From NCBI GenBank assembly GCA_051382335.1, contig JBBCAX010000078.1, positions 1 through 63,189 on the forward strand: a DNA stretch of 63,189 bases, read 5' to 3'. Positions 10,279 through 20,198 of the stretch are shown here, piece after piece; within the stretch, counting starts at the first letter, position 1, and every line of letters starts with the position of its first letter. The notes below the pieces were generated by a model that was not told the origin of the DNA, searched no databases, and saw only the letters and a list, made by a program, of their open reading frames with translations. Position numbers and translations under genes: made by a program. This stretch comes from Deltaproteobacteria bacterium TL4 (lineage in GTDB: Bacteria; SAR324; NAC60-12).

Positions 10279-12990
10279 TTGCTTATGTCCGTTCCCCAAG
10301 TACAAACGCCGATGATGCGGCAGTTTTACGCCATCAAAAAAGATCACACTGATAAAATTTTATTCTACCGGATGGGGGATTTTTACGAAATGTTTGGTGA
10401 AGATGCGGTAGTCGCCGCAAAAGTTCTTCAGATTGCCTTAACCTCTCGTAATAAAAACAGTCAAGATGCGGTCCCCATGTGTGGCGTTCCTTACCATGCC
10501 TATGAGCAATATCTAAACAAACTGACGGCTGCAGGCTATAAGGTTGCTATCTGCGAACAAATGGAAGACCCTGCTACCGCAAAGGGGTTGGTTGCCAGGG
10601 ATGTAGTCCGTATTGTAACTCCTGGAACAACAGTCTCTCCACAACTCATTGCCACTGATGAAAATCATTACTTATTAGCACTTTACCTTCAATTAAAACA
10701 CAAAAAAATTGGTGTCGCCTTTGTTGATGTTTCTACGGGAGAGTTTGAAGTGGCTCAATTTGGATTATCCGAATTGACTCGTTTGTATGACTTTCTGTTT
10801 CAGCTCACTCCTAAAGAGATTCTTCTTCCTCAAAGCCGTTCTACTCAAGAAAGCCATTTTCTGGAAGAACTATGCCGTCAATTGAATCCTCTTGCACAAA
10901 AACTCGGAAGAACACAACTTTTTAATTTTATTGATCCCTTTTATTTTGACCAGGAACAAAGTGAACGGCTGCTCACAGAACATTTTCAAACGCTCAATCT
11001 TGTAGGATACGGCATTGCCCATCTTCACCTGGGAATTGCCGCAGCCGGAGCGCTGTTGTCCTATCTTAAAGAAACTCAAAAGTGTGAATTAACGCATATC
11101 GTCCATATCAAGCAGCATAGTTTTGAAAACCATATGTTATTGGACGAAGCAACTCTTTCAAACTTGGAGATTTTTGAAAGTACTGGAGGCGAAAGAAAGC
11201 ATACGTTGTTCCATGTTTTAAATAAAACCCACACGCCCATGGGAGGTCGCATGCTTCGACAGTGGTTGGCAAATCCACTTTTAGAACATGCCACAATTCT
11301 TCAACGCTTTGATGCGATTGATGAATTGCATACAAATTTTATTTTATGTGAAGAACTCAGAAATCTTTTAAAAGAAATCCAGGATTTACCTCGTATTGCG
11401 GGACGTATTAGCCTCCCTGTCGTAGGAATTAATGACCTGCTGGCATTGAGAGAATCCCTGGTTCCGCTTCAGCAATTCCCCAAATTTCTCTCTCATTTTG
11501 AATCACCCCTGCTCAAAACGATACAAATCCATTTTGACGCACTGACTGATTTATTGGAGTACTTACAGCAACAGCTTCTGGAAGAGCCCTCCACCAAACT
11601 AAAAGAAGGTGGATTTATTGCTGAGGGTATTTCTTCAGAGTTGGATGAACTTCGTCAACTTTCAAAAAACAGTAAAAAAATATTAAATAAACTGGCTGAA
11701 AATGAGCGGGAGGAGACAGGTATTTCTTCCTTGAAAATCAGTTATAACAAAGTTTTTGGCTATTATCTGAATGTCAGTAATACCCATAAAAAATCGGTCC
11801 CTGAACGTTATATCCGCAAGCAGACTCTGGTCAACTGTGAACGTTACATCACTGCGGAATTGAAAGAATTGGAAGAAAAAATTCTCAGTGCAGAAGAAAG
11901 GATGATGGAACTCGAATATAGCCTGTTCCAGGAATTGAAAAAACGGGTTGTTTCACATATTACCCGGATCCAAAAAACAGCGCTGGATATTGCAACCGTG
12001 GATGTCCTTACCAGTCTTGCCTATGTCGCGGAAATCAACAATTATGTCCGCCCTCAAATCCATGCGATTGATGCGCCGCAAAAAATCCAGATCAAAGGTA
12101 GTCGACATCCTGTGATTGAGCAAATTGATTTTGGCGAACCCTTCATTCCCAATGATATTCTTCTTGATGTGAATAGTCAGCAAATGATGCTCATTACAGG
12201 TCCGAACATGGCAGGCAAAAGTACCTATATGCGACAAATCGCCCTAAATGTGCTGATGGCTCAATGCGGAAGTTTTATTCCCGCAAAATCAGCAGAACTC
12301 ACCATTGTTGACCGTATTTTTACAAGAGTAGGCGCCTCCGACAACCTCAGTCGAGGTCAAAGTACCTTTATGGTCGAAATGAATGAAGCCGCCTCCATTC
12401 TCAATAATGCGACGGATCGAAGTTTTATTGTATTAGATGAAATTGGCAGAGGCACCAGTACCTTTGATGGAATCAGCATCGCCTGGTCTATTGTTGAATA
12501 TCTATATCAACGAAAGGCCTTAACTCTTTGCGCCACTCATTATCATGAGTTGACCGCATTGACCCAAGAACTCAGTCGTGTGAAAAATTTCAATATCCTT
12601 GTTGAAGAAGATGGGGAACATATTGTTTTCATGCGAAAAATTGTTCCAGGAGAGGCTGACAAAAGTTATGGCGTGCACGTTGCCCGTATGGCCGGACTCC
12701 CCAAAACGGTTGTGGACCGAGCCATGGAAGTCATGACAGAGCTGGAAAAATCCTCGGTCATTACGCATATGCCCCGTTCTCCAGAAACGGCTTCTTCCCA
12801 ATCAACCCGTAGCTCTGAAACCATCAAAGAATCGTCTCCCTCTTACCGGTCTTCACTTGGAGAGCAACTGTCCCTTTTTCCTGAAGAATCCAGCTATCTC
12901 AAAGAAATTCGAGAATTAAATCTCAATAACATGACCCCACTTCAAGCGCTCTGCTTTCTGAACGATCTAGTGAATCGATTGAAAAAATAG
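10279..12990 (+). CDS. mutS: DNA mismatch repair protein MutS
   Basis: TPMMRQF, GDFYEMF, ITGPNMAGKSTYMRQ, DEIGRGTST. Confidence 0.98.
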   Translation: MLMSVPQVQTPMMRQFYAIKKDHTDKILFYRMGDFYEMFGEDAVVAAKVLQIALTSRNKNSQDAVPMCGVPYHAYEQYLNKLTAAGYKVAICEQMEDPATAKGLVARDVVRIVTPGTTVSPQLIATDENHYLLALYLQLKHKKIGVAFVDVSTGEFEVAQFGLSELTRLYDFLFQLTPKEILLPQSRSTQESHFLEELCRQLNPLAQKLGRTQLFNFIDPFYFDQEQSERLLTEHFQTLNLVGYGIAHLHLGIAAAGALLSYLKETQKCELTHIVHIKQHSFENHMLLDEATLSNLEIFESTGGERKHTLFHVLNKTHTPMGGRMLRQWLANPLLEHATILQRFDAIDELHTNFILCEELRNLLKEIQDLPRIAGRISLPVVGINDLLALRESLVPLQQFPKFLSHFESPLLKTIQIHFDALTDLLEYLQQQLLEEPSTKLKEGGFIAEGISSELDELRQLSKNSKKILNKLAENEREETGISSLKISYNKVFGYYLNVSNTHKKSVPERYIRKQTLVNCERYITAELKELEEKILSAEERMMELEYSLFQELKKRVVSHITRIQKTALDIATVDVLTSLAYVAEINNYVRPQIHAIDAPQKIQIKGSRHPVIEQIDFGEPFIPNDILLDVNSQQMMLITGPNMAGKSTYMRQIALNVLMAQCGSFIPAKSAELTIVDRIFTRVGASDNLSRGQSTFMVEMNEAASILNNATDRSFIVLDEIGRGTSTFDGISIAWSIVEYLYQRKALTLCATHYHELTALTQELSRVKNFNILVEEDGEHIVFMRKIVPGEADKSYGVHVARMAGLPKTVVDRAMEVMTELEKSSVITHMPRSPETASSQSTRSSETIKESSPSYRSSLGEQLSLFPEESSYLKEIRELNLNNMTPLQALCFLNDLVNRLKK

Positions 12991-13027
12991 GCAATCTTTT
13001 ACTTGACAGGAGAATAAGGAAGAATGT

Positions 13028-13103
13028 TGGTGGAGACGAGGGGGATCGAACCCCTGACCCCGACGCTGCCAGCGTCGTGCTCTCCCAGCTGAGCCACGTC
13101 CCC
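13028..13103 (-). tRNA. tRNA-Ala(GGC)
   Basis: Reverse complement folds as a cloverleaf with G3:U70, anticodon loop ct-GGC-ag, GGTTCGA T-loop and encoded CCA. Confidence 0.97.
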
Positions 13104-13198
13104 TTTTTGAATAAAGGAAGATCTGTTTTCCTTTAGAATGCGGTTGTCTTTGAGTTGGAAGGTAGTTTGCCAATTCACAGCAACGCAAGCTGCGACAT

Positions 13199-13275
13199 TG
13201 GCATCCCCAAGGGGATTCGAACCCCTGTTGCCGCCGTGAAAGGGCGGAGTCCTAGGCCGGCTAGACGATGGGGAC
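13199..13275 (-). tRNA. tRNA-Glu(TTC)
   Basis: gtccccatcgtctagccggcctaggactccgcccTTTCacggcgg...ggttcgaatcc...gcca; anticodon TTC, encoded CCA. Confidence 0.97.
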
Positions 13276-13297
13276 ATCTAGATAACGCGAAGCAGCT

Positions 13298-13326
13298 TAT
13301 ATACTAAGGGTGGTGTAAGAAGTCAA
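13298..13326 (-). promoter_or_regulatory. Candidate sigma70 promoter for the tRNA pair
   Basis: TTGACT-17 nt-TATATA followed by a GC-rich discriminator, about 20 nt upstream of tRNA-Glu. Confidence 0.55.
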
Positions 13327-13489
13327 TATAAATTGTAATGAAAAAATTTATAAAAATGAAAACCATGCATTTGGGATTAGAACTTGAGATTATTATTGTT
13401 TCCAATAAATTGGTGGCCTGTTTCTATCGTAGGCTCCGACAGGGCTTTTTTCCGATGGACTCACAGGATCCATTGGGGAATCTTTTTCA

Positions 13490-15289
13490 TTGACCTTTCA
13501 ATCGATATTCGAAATGTTTGCACCTATAGTAACAGCGATTATTCTTGGGTTATTGATCGTCGCCTTAGTAAAAGAAGTAGGTTCGCCTGCTTCTTTGATG
13601 TTTAGTGCCATGGTGATTTTTATGCTTTTGGGTGTTGTTGATACACAGAAAGCGTTATCAGGTTTTTCTAATCCTGCCATGTTGACGGTTGCCGCGTTGT
13701 TTGTCGTAGCAGAAGGGTTGGAGCGAACTCATGCACTGAGTTTGTTGTCGAATACCTTTTTTGGAAACAGTGCAAACTTGACTCAAGGGTTAGGCCGAAT
13801 TTTGGGAATTTCCGGAATCATTTCCATTTTTTTAAACAATACAACAGTTGTCACGGTGATGACTCCGGCTGTTTTGGAATGGACAACGCGCCGACAATTT
13901 TCTGTTTCACACTTTCTAATGCCAATTTCATTTATTGTGATACTCGGAGGGTTGTGTTCGTTGATCGGAACATCGACAAATTTATTAGTAAATGGTTTGA
14001 TGATTGGCCACCAAATTGAAGGAATGTCTATGTTTGAGTTGGCATGGGTGGGTGTTCCTCTCCTTATCATTGGTTGGTTCTATCTTACTTTTTTGGGTCG
14101 CTACATTTTACCCGGAAAGAAGGATCTTGTTTCTCAGATCATAAGTTCGGGAAGAAATTTTATATGCGACGTTATCGTGACAGCAGAGTGCAAACTCATA
14201 GGAAAAACCATAGAAGAAGCGGGATTGCGTCATCTTGAGGGACTCTTTTTATCCAGTATCGAGCGAGAAGGAGAATTCATAGGATCGGTCTCTCCACGAG
14301 AGCGGTTACATGCAATGGACCGGCTAATTTTTGCGGGAAAAGTTGAAACTTTGTCTCAAATACAACAAATACCAGGAATAGTTCCTTCTTATCAAGAATA
14401 CTTTAACATGCCCCAAGTTCAATCACGACTGAAGCTCTATGAGGTAGTAGTCTCCTATTCTTCTCCACTTGTTGATAAAAATCTTAGAGACGTAAAATTT
14501 CGTAGTCGCTACAATGCCGCTGTACTTGCGGTACACCGTGCGGATACAGATATTCATTCAAAATTGGGCGATATTATTTTCTGTCCGGGTGATGTGCTGC
14601 TTGTTGAGGCGGAAGATAGTTTTTATGAACATTGGAGATACTCAAAAGATTTCTTTTTAATTGCCAAATCGGATGGAAAGACAGGCAGTCCTTCAAAAAA
14701 AACCTATTGGGCTCTCGGTATTGTTTTGGTCATGGTGCTGCTAACCACACTCACGAACGTCCCGATTCTTCATAGTGCTTTTATCGCGGCGATGGCCATG
14801 GTTTTTTCTAAATGTTTGACTCTGGAAGATGCCAGGGAGACCGTAGCTCAAGAATTTAACATTTTGGTTTTAATTGCCTCCGCTTTCGGCGTAGGATATG
14901 CGATTGAAGAGAGTGGACTGGCTCAACTTATCGCGGATCTCATCATACACCATGTGGGCAACTTCAATCCAACCATAGCTCTTGGTGCTGTTTTGTTGTT
15001 AACCACGTTTTTTACCGAATTTGTCACGAATAACGCGGCTGCGGCAATTATGTTTCCTGTTGGAATGGCTAGTGCTCAAATACTCAGTGTCAATCCACGT
15101 CCCTTTGGTATTGCAATCGCGGTTGCGGCCTCCCTATGTTTTATTACCCCTTTTGGCTATCAAACCAATTTGATCGTAATGGGACCAGGAAATTACCAAA
15201 TGAAAGATTATTTTCGTTTAGGCATCACCTTAAAAGTAATTGCATTGCTTGTTAGTTTGGTGATCATCCCTGTAGTTTGGCCCTTCTGA
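13490..15289 (+). CDS. SLC13/CitMHS-family transporter with TrkA-C domains (sulfate/dicarboxylate type)
   Basis: GFSNPAMLTVAAL, FLNNT, LIGTSTNL, central soluble TrkA-C region, TPFGYQTNL. Confidence 0.9.
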   Translation: MTFQSIFEMFAPIVTAIILGLLIVALVKEVGSPASLMFSAMVIFMLLGVVDTQKALSGFSNPAMLTVAALFVVAEGLERTHALSLLSNTFFGNSANLTQGLGRILGISGIISIFLNNTTVVTVMTPAVLEWTTRRQFSVSHFLMPISFIVILGGLCSLIGTSTNLLVNGLMIGHQIEGMSMFELAWVGVPLLIIGWFYLTFLGRYILPGKKDLVSQIISSGRNFICDVIVTAECKLIGKTIEEAGLRHLEGLFLSSIEREGEFIGSVSPRERLHAMDRLIFAGKVETLSQIQQIPGIVPSYQEYFNMPQVQSRLKLYEVVVSYSSPLVDKNLRDVKFRSRYNAAVLAVHRADTDIHSKLGDIIFCPGDVLLVEAEDSFYEHWRYSKDFFLIAKSDGKTGSPSKKTYWALGIVLVMVLLTTLTNVPILHSAFIAAMAMVFSKCLTLEDARETVAQEFNILVLIASAFGVGYAIEESGLAQLIADLIIHHVGNFNPTIALGAVLLLTTFFTEFVTNNAAAAIMFPVGMASAQILSVNPRPFGIAIAVAASLCFITPFGYQTNLIVMGPGNYQMKDYFRLGITLKVIALLVSLVIIPVVWPF

Positions 15290-15498
15290 GAGCGGAAAAA
15301 TTCATCGCATCAAATAATGCAAGGAATTTTGGCAATGGGTGTAAAGGATTGACGGCTCTTAGTCCCGAAGGGGCTATTTTCATAAGGTCCCTCCGAGACT
15401 AAAAAACATGGGGCAAAAAAGGGTAGGAACCATATGGACTCAACCTGGAAAAATTCCAGGATCTAGGCTCACTCCCCTGAATCTGGTTTTTATGTAGG

Positions 15499-16734
15499 AT
15501 GAATATGTCAAAAAGCGAACGGCGACCAGTTTTTACTTCATTGGAAAAAAGAAGTATTGTGAGTTTGAGCATTATTTTATTTTTCAGAATGTTTGGTTTG
15601 TTTTTAATCTTTCCGGTTTTTAGTGTTCTTGCTCTTGAGCTCAAAGGAGCGACACCGGCTTTAATTGGTCTGGCTTTTGGAGCCTATGCTTTAACTCAAG
15701 CCTGTTTGCAGATTCCGTTTGGTATTTGGAGTGATTATATAGGGAGGAAACCTGTTATTATTTTTGGACTCATCCTTTTTACTATTGGGAGTATTCTTGC
15801 GGCAGTGGTTGATTCAATCTACGGAATGATAGTCGCCAGATTTCTTCAGGGAGCAGGAGCGATCAGTTCCACGATTTTCGCGTTGATTGCAGACTTAACC
15901 CGTCCTGAAGTGAGAACTCGGGCGAATGCGGGTTTGGGCGCAAGTATTGGAATGGCGTTTGGAATCGCCATGGTTACGGCACCCTTTCTAGGATACTGGT
16001 TTGGCTTAAGTGGAATTTTTTGGATTATGACCGCAATGGGCCTCATTAGTTTGTTGACCTTGACCATGGTTCCCAATCCTGAACGTCCTGTGGATACGAT
16101 TCCTCAGGAAAGTACCATGCAGAAAATCTATACGGTCTTGAAATTACCGCCCTTACGAGTCATTAACCTGGGTGCCTTTGTTTGCAGCATGGGATTATCT
16201 GGGACCTTTTTCATGATTCCTTTAGTTTTACACGAACATGGTTTTGAAAAGCAGGAGTTATGGAAGATTTATCTTCCCATGTTGCTATTCGGCATAATGG
16301 CCATGATTCCCGCGGCAATTATCGCAGAGGTCAAGAATCGCTTTAAGGAAGTGATGTTGTTAGGCATTGTTTTCTTGTTAAGTTCAGCGATATTATTTGG
16401 AATAGGACATGAGCAGCATTCCATTATCTGGTTTATTGCCGCTTTATTTACGTTTTTTATGGGATTTAACATCTTCGAACCCCTTTTCCCTTCCTTGGTC
16501 ACAAGGATGACAACCCCTCAAACCAAAGGAACCGCAAGTGGTATGTATAATTTTTCCCAATTCATTGGGCACTCGGTGGGAGCCATAGGCGCGGGATTTT
16601 TTTACAAATATCATCCTTTTTACATAATATTCATCACGGTAGGGTTAGAACTCTTGTTTTTCTATGTTACGTTATCCTTTAAGAACCCCAAAAAACGAGA
16701 GGAATCTGAGGTTCAAGAAGTTATCTACCCCTAG
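15499..16734 (+). CDS. MFS transporter (YajR-like)
   Basis: RMFGLFLIFPV, QIPFGIWSDYIGRKPVI, ARFLQGAGAI. Confidence 0.88.
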   Translation: MNMSKSERRPVFTSLEKRSIVSLSIILFFRMFGLFLIFPVFSVLALELKGATPALIGLAFGAYALTQACLQIPFGIWSDYIGRKPVIIFGLILFTIGSILAAVVDSIYGMIVARFLQGAGAISSTIFALIADLTRPEVRTRANAGLGASIGMAFGIAMVTAPFLGYWFGLSGIFWIMTAMGLISLLTLTMVPNPERPVDTIPQESTMQKIYTVLKLPPLRVINLGAFVCSMGLSGTFFMIPLVLHEHGFEKQELWKIYLPMLLFGIMAMIPAAIIAEVKNRFKEVMLLGIVFLLSSAILFGIGHEQHSIIWFIAALFTFFMGFNIFEPLFPSLVTRMTTPQTKGTASGMYNFSQFIGHSVGAIGAGFFYKYHPFYIIFITVGLELLFFYVTLSFKNPKKREESEVQEVIYP

Positions 16735-16753
16735 CCGCAACGTCAGAGGTCCT

Positions 16754-17479
16754 GTGAAAGTTTCGCTGAAGAGTACTTTCAAATATTTGAAAGACGTGTT
16801 TCATATTCTTCGTCTCAAGTTATTTCCCCATAACCCCTCTAGTGAAGGCGTTATAAAAATTTGTGGGGTTCCTGTAGAAAATTTAGGAAGTTTAGTTTTA
16901 AATAAAGAGATTGTTGAGAAATTGGAACGGAAGTGGGGGGGATTGCATCAAGATTTCAGCTTATTGATTGGTTTGACGGCAGAAGCCTTAAAAGCGGTAG
17001 GGAAGTATTTTGATACCGACAGTTACTTGGAACGTAAGCTTTTAGATGGGGCCAAAGAACGAGAAGCACACCGTCATTTTTTGGTGGAGCGTCGAGAAGT
17101 GGATCGGGCTATGCTGATGATGACCTTTGATCGGGACAAAATAGATAAGCTTGAGACACAGTCTTCAACTTCAAAACAGTGGGAGGTTTCGTTGCAACGC
17201 TCGCGGCGGAAAAGGACGGGAAGTGTCTTGGACGAGAGTTATGACCTCTTGGCGATACAGCAAGCGGAAGACTATTTTAACTTGTTGTTCCAAGAAAACT
17301 CAATTATTCACCTCTTGAATAACTCTAAAAAAATTGTAAAGATACTGCGGCTACCTTACGAACTCCCAGCTCAACTTTATAAAAGAGAACCTTATACCGA
17401 TCGTCGTTCTTTTGGACTGACAGAGTTAATTCTTTCCGGTATACTACAAAATGAAGAAATTAGTTCACAAATTAATTGA
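16754..17479 (+). CDS. Hypothetical protein
   Basis: Long ORF between the MFS gene and lon; GTG at 16754 after GAGG is more plausible than the overlapping start at 16664. Confidence 0.7.
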   Translation: MKVSLKSTFKYLKDVFHILRLKLFPHNPSSEGVIKICGVPVENLGSLVLNKEIVEKLERKWGGLHQDFSLLIGLTAEALKAVGKYFDTDSYLERKLLDGAKEREAHRHFLVERREVDRAMLMMTFDRDKIDKLETQSSTSKQWEVSLQRSRRKRTGSVLDESYDLLAIQQAEDYFNLLFQENSIIHLLNNSKKIVKILRLPYELPAQLYKREPYTDRRSFGLTELILSGILQNEEISSQIN

Positions 17480-17531
17480 TGTACATTTTGGGATTCATAA
17501 ATCCGTTTGATTTAGACAATGAAAGGATAGC

Positions 17532-19946
17532 ATGTCCAGGTTATTTGATCCGATTGTAATTCCGATGCTTCCAATGAGGGAAGAAATTATTTTTCCAGGC
17601 ACAACGATCCCTTTTTTTGTCGGCCGAAAAACTTCCATGGAAGCTTTGGACCGTGCGCTGAGTGGCGATCGTAAAATCTTTGTGGTGACTCAAAAAAACT
17701 CGAGTGTTGAGAATCCTAAGGATGTTGATTTATTCAGCGTTGGGGTTTTGGGAACCGTGTTGCAGGTAATGCGTCTTCCTAATGGAACGGTCAAAGCACT
17801 TTTTGAAGCAAAGCAAAGAGCACACGTCATCTCTACACAATTACGGGAAAACGTGTACATGGCAAAAGTTCAGCCGATTTTGGAACCGGAAGCGTATTCT
17901 GAAACCTGCTTGCAACTGGCCAATCGGGTAAAATCTTTATTTAAAGATCATGTCCGGACCTCTCAACTCAAGATCCGTGAAGAGGTCTTAAGAAGCGTTG
18001 AAAAGGTCAATCCCATACAGTTACCGGATCTCATTGCACCTGTCCTGGAAATTTCGAGACTTCAAAAGCAGGAAATTCTGGAGTGTTTGGATCTGGAAGC
18101 ACGTCTCGAACTCATCATGAAGACGCTGTTTGAAGAATTGGAGATCCTGCAACTGGAAGGCAAGTTAAAGAATCAAATCCAAGAGCAGATCCGGAGTTCC
18201 CAAAAGGAAGGATACCTTCAAGATCAACTTCATTCCATCCAGAAGGAGTTAGGTCAGATGGATGATTCGAAGACGGAGTTTGAGGAATTCACAAAAAAAA
18301 TTGAAGAAGCTCAAATGCCACAAGAAGTTCAAGAACTGGCAACAAAAGAGTTAAAGAAACTCAAAATGATGTCTCCGATGTCTTCCGAATCAAACGTAGT
18401 CCGGAATTATTTGGAATGGTTGGTTTCAATGCCTTGGAAGACCAAGACCACAGACAATTATGACTTGGGATTAGCGGAACGTATTTTAGATGAAGATCAT
18501 TACGGACTGGAAAAAGTAAAGGAACGGATTATTGAATATCTTGCGGTTGCTCATCTCAAGGGGTCCTTAAAAGGACCCATTATTTGCCTGGTAGGTCCTC
18601 CTGGAGTGGGCAAGACCTCTCTTGCCAAATCGATAGCCCGAGCCTTGGACCGAAATTTTGTCAGGATGAGTCTGGGAGGAATACGCGATGAAGCTGAGAT
18701 ACGGGGTCATCGTCGGACTTATATTGGGGCTTTGCCTGGTAAAATCATTCAATCCATGCGTAAGGCGAAGAGCCGAAATCCGGTGTTGTTGATGGATGAA
18801 GTGGACAAGCTTTATCAAAGCGCGATGACCGATCCCTCCGCGGCATTGCTGGAAGTTTTGGATCCAGAACAGAATAATACGTTTATGGACCATTATCTTG
18901 AGGTGGAATATGATCTTTCAGACGTACTTTTCCTTTGTACAGCCAATACCACTCAAAATATCCCCGGGCCATTGTTGGATCGTATGGAAGTCATTCAGAT
19001 TTCAGGCTACACCGAGCTTGAAAAGCATCACATTGCCACCCAGTTTTTAATCCCAAGACAATGCAAGATGCATGGTTTGGATTCGAATCAATTACAATTT
19101 CGAACCAATGCCGTTTCCACGATTATCCATGGATATACTCGAGAAGCCGGAGTCCGAAACCTTGAGCGTGAAATTGGGAAGATCTGCAGAAAAACGGTAA
19201 CAGTGCTTGTCCGGAGCAATGAAGAAAAAAACAGTGTTGTTACGCCGAAGCTCGTAGAAAAGTTATTGGGAGTCCCTCCTTTTCAGCGGGATAGTAAAGC
19301 AGAAGCTAACGAAATTGGTGTTGCCACGGGGCTGGGAGTCACGATGATGGGAGGGCAACTTTTGCAGGTGGAAGTGGGACTGATGCCAGGCAGTGGTAAA
19401 GTTTCGTTAACAGGAAAATTAGGAGACATCATGCAGGAGTCCGCGAAGGCCGCCTATTCTTACGTGCGGGCCAATGCGGACTATTTTGGGATTGATCCGG
19501 AAATGTTCGCTAAACTGGATTTGCATGTTCACCTGCCCGAAGGCGCCGTTCCCAAAGATGGTCCTTCGGCGGGGCTGCCCTTGATCACCACCATGATCAG
19601 TGCTTTTACGAAGATTCCTGTGAGGCATGAAGTGGCCATGACCGGAGAAATAACACTCCGGGGACATGTCACAGAAATTGGAGGCCTGAAAGAGAAGTTG
19701 TTAGCGGCGAAACAGGGATTATTAGAAGATGTTTTAATTCCTTGTGATAATGAAAAAGATTTGGAAGAGATTCCTTTAGAGATCACCCAAGGCTTAAGGA
19801 TACACACGGTCAGTAATGTCGATGAGGCTTTGCATATCGCTCTTGAACGTTATCCAGGCACTCTTGGCATCACCTCTCCTGCCACAGGCAAACTCTCACA
19901 AACACGGGTGAATACAGAGATTGTCTCTAAGGAAAAATCGAGATAG
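17532..19946 (+). CDS. lon: ATP-dependent Lon protease
   Basis: LON N-domain, GPPGVGKTS Walker A, DEVDK Walker B, PKDGPSAG catalytic Ser. Confidence 0.98.
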   Translation: MSRLFDPIVIPMLPMREEIIFPGTTIPFFVGRKTSMEALDRALSGDRKIFVVTQKNSSVENPKDVDLFSVGVLGTVLQVMRLPNGTVKALFEAKQRAHVISTQLRENVYMAKVQPILEPEAYSETCLQLANRVKSLFKDHVRTSQLKIREEVLRSVEKVNPIQLPDLIAPVLEISRLQKQEILECLDLEARLELIMKTLFEELEILQLEGKLKNQIQEQIRSSQKEGYLQDQLHSIQKELGQMDDSKTEFEEFTKKIEEAQMPQEVQELATKELKKLKMMSPMSSESNVVRNYLEWLVSMPWKTKTTDNYDLGLAERILDEDHYGLEKVKERIIEYLAVAHLKGSLKGPIICLVGPPGVGKTSLAKSIARALDRNFVRMSLGGIRDEAEIRGHRRTYIGALPGKIIQSMRKAKSRNPVLLMDEVDKLYQSAMTDPSAALLEVLDPEQNNTFMDHYLEVEYDLSDVLFLCTANTTQNIPGPLLDRMEVIQISGYTELEKHHIATQFLIPRQCKMHGLDSNQLQFRTNAVSTIIHGYTREAGVRNLEREIGKICRKTVTVLVRSNEEKNSVVTPKLVEKLLGVPPFQRDSKAEANEIGVATGLGVTMMGGQLLQVEVGLMPGSGKVSLTGKLGDIMQESAKAAYSYVRANADYFGIDPEMFAKLDLHVHLPEGAVPKDGPSAGLPLITTMISAFTKIPVRHEVAMTGEITLRGHVTEIGGLKEKLLAAKQGLLEDVLIPCDNEKDLEEIPLEITQGLRIHTVSNVDEALHIALERYPGTLGITSPATGKLSQTRVNTEIVSKEKSR

Positions 19947-20113
19947 GGTCGGCCCCTTGCGTTCTTCTGCTTCCCCTTTGTGATGTTTGTATCTGACAAA
20001 ATTTTCAAGCATAATGTGGAACAGCGCCCTGTGAGGCGCTGTGACCTGTAGGATTGTGTTTCCTGAAAAGAGGTCAGACTGATTTTTATAGCGTTTTTTA
20101 TGGATACTTCTCC

Positions 20114-20141
20114 TTGACGATTTTTCCAGAAACTTTAGGAT
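20114..20141 (+). promoter_or_regulatory. Candidate sigma70 promoter for thrS
   Basis: TTGACG-16 nt-TAGGAT upstream of the GGAG RBS and ATG at 20199. Confidence 0.45.
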
Positions 20142-20198
20142 GGGATTAAAATCGAATTTTCATCAACACTGTTACTATTACTGAAGTTGGAGTAATTT

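Noticed and set aside
13028..13275. tRNA genes as an integration site for an island
   Set aside because: No integrase and no duplicated tRNA 3' end seen in the window
12967..13277. ORFs 12967..13188 and 12999..13277
   Set aside because: They overlap the two tRNA genes and are shadow ORFs
20021..20042. Hairpin loop containing UGU as a tRNA-Thr-mimic thrS operator
   Set aside because: About 160 nt from the start codon and upstream of the candidate thrS promoter; loop size does not fit an anticodon loop
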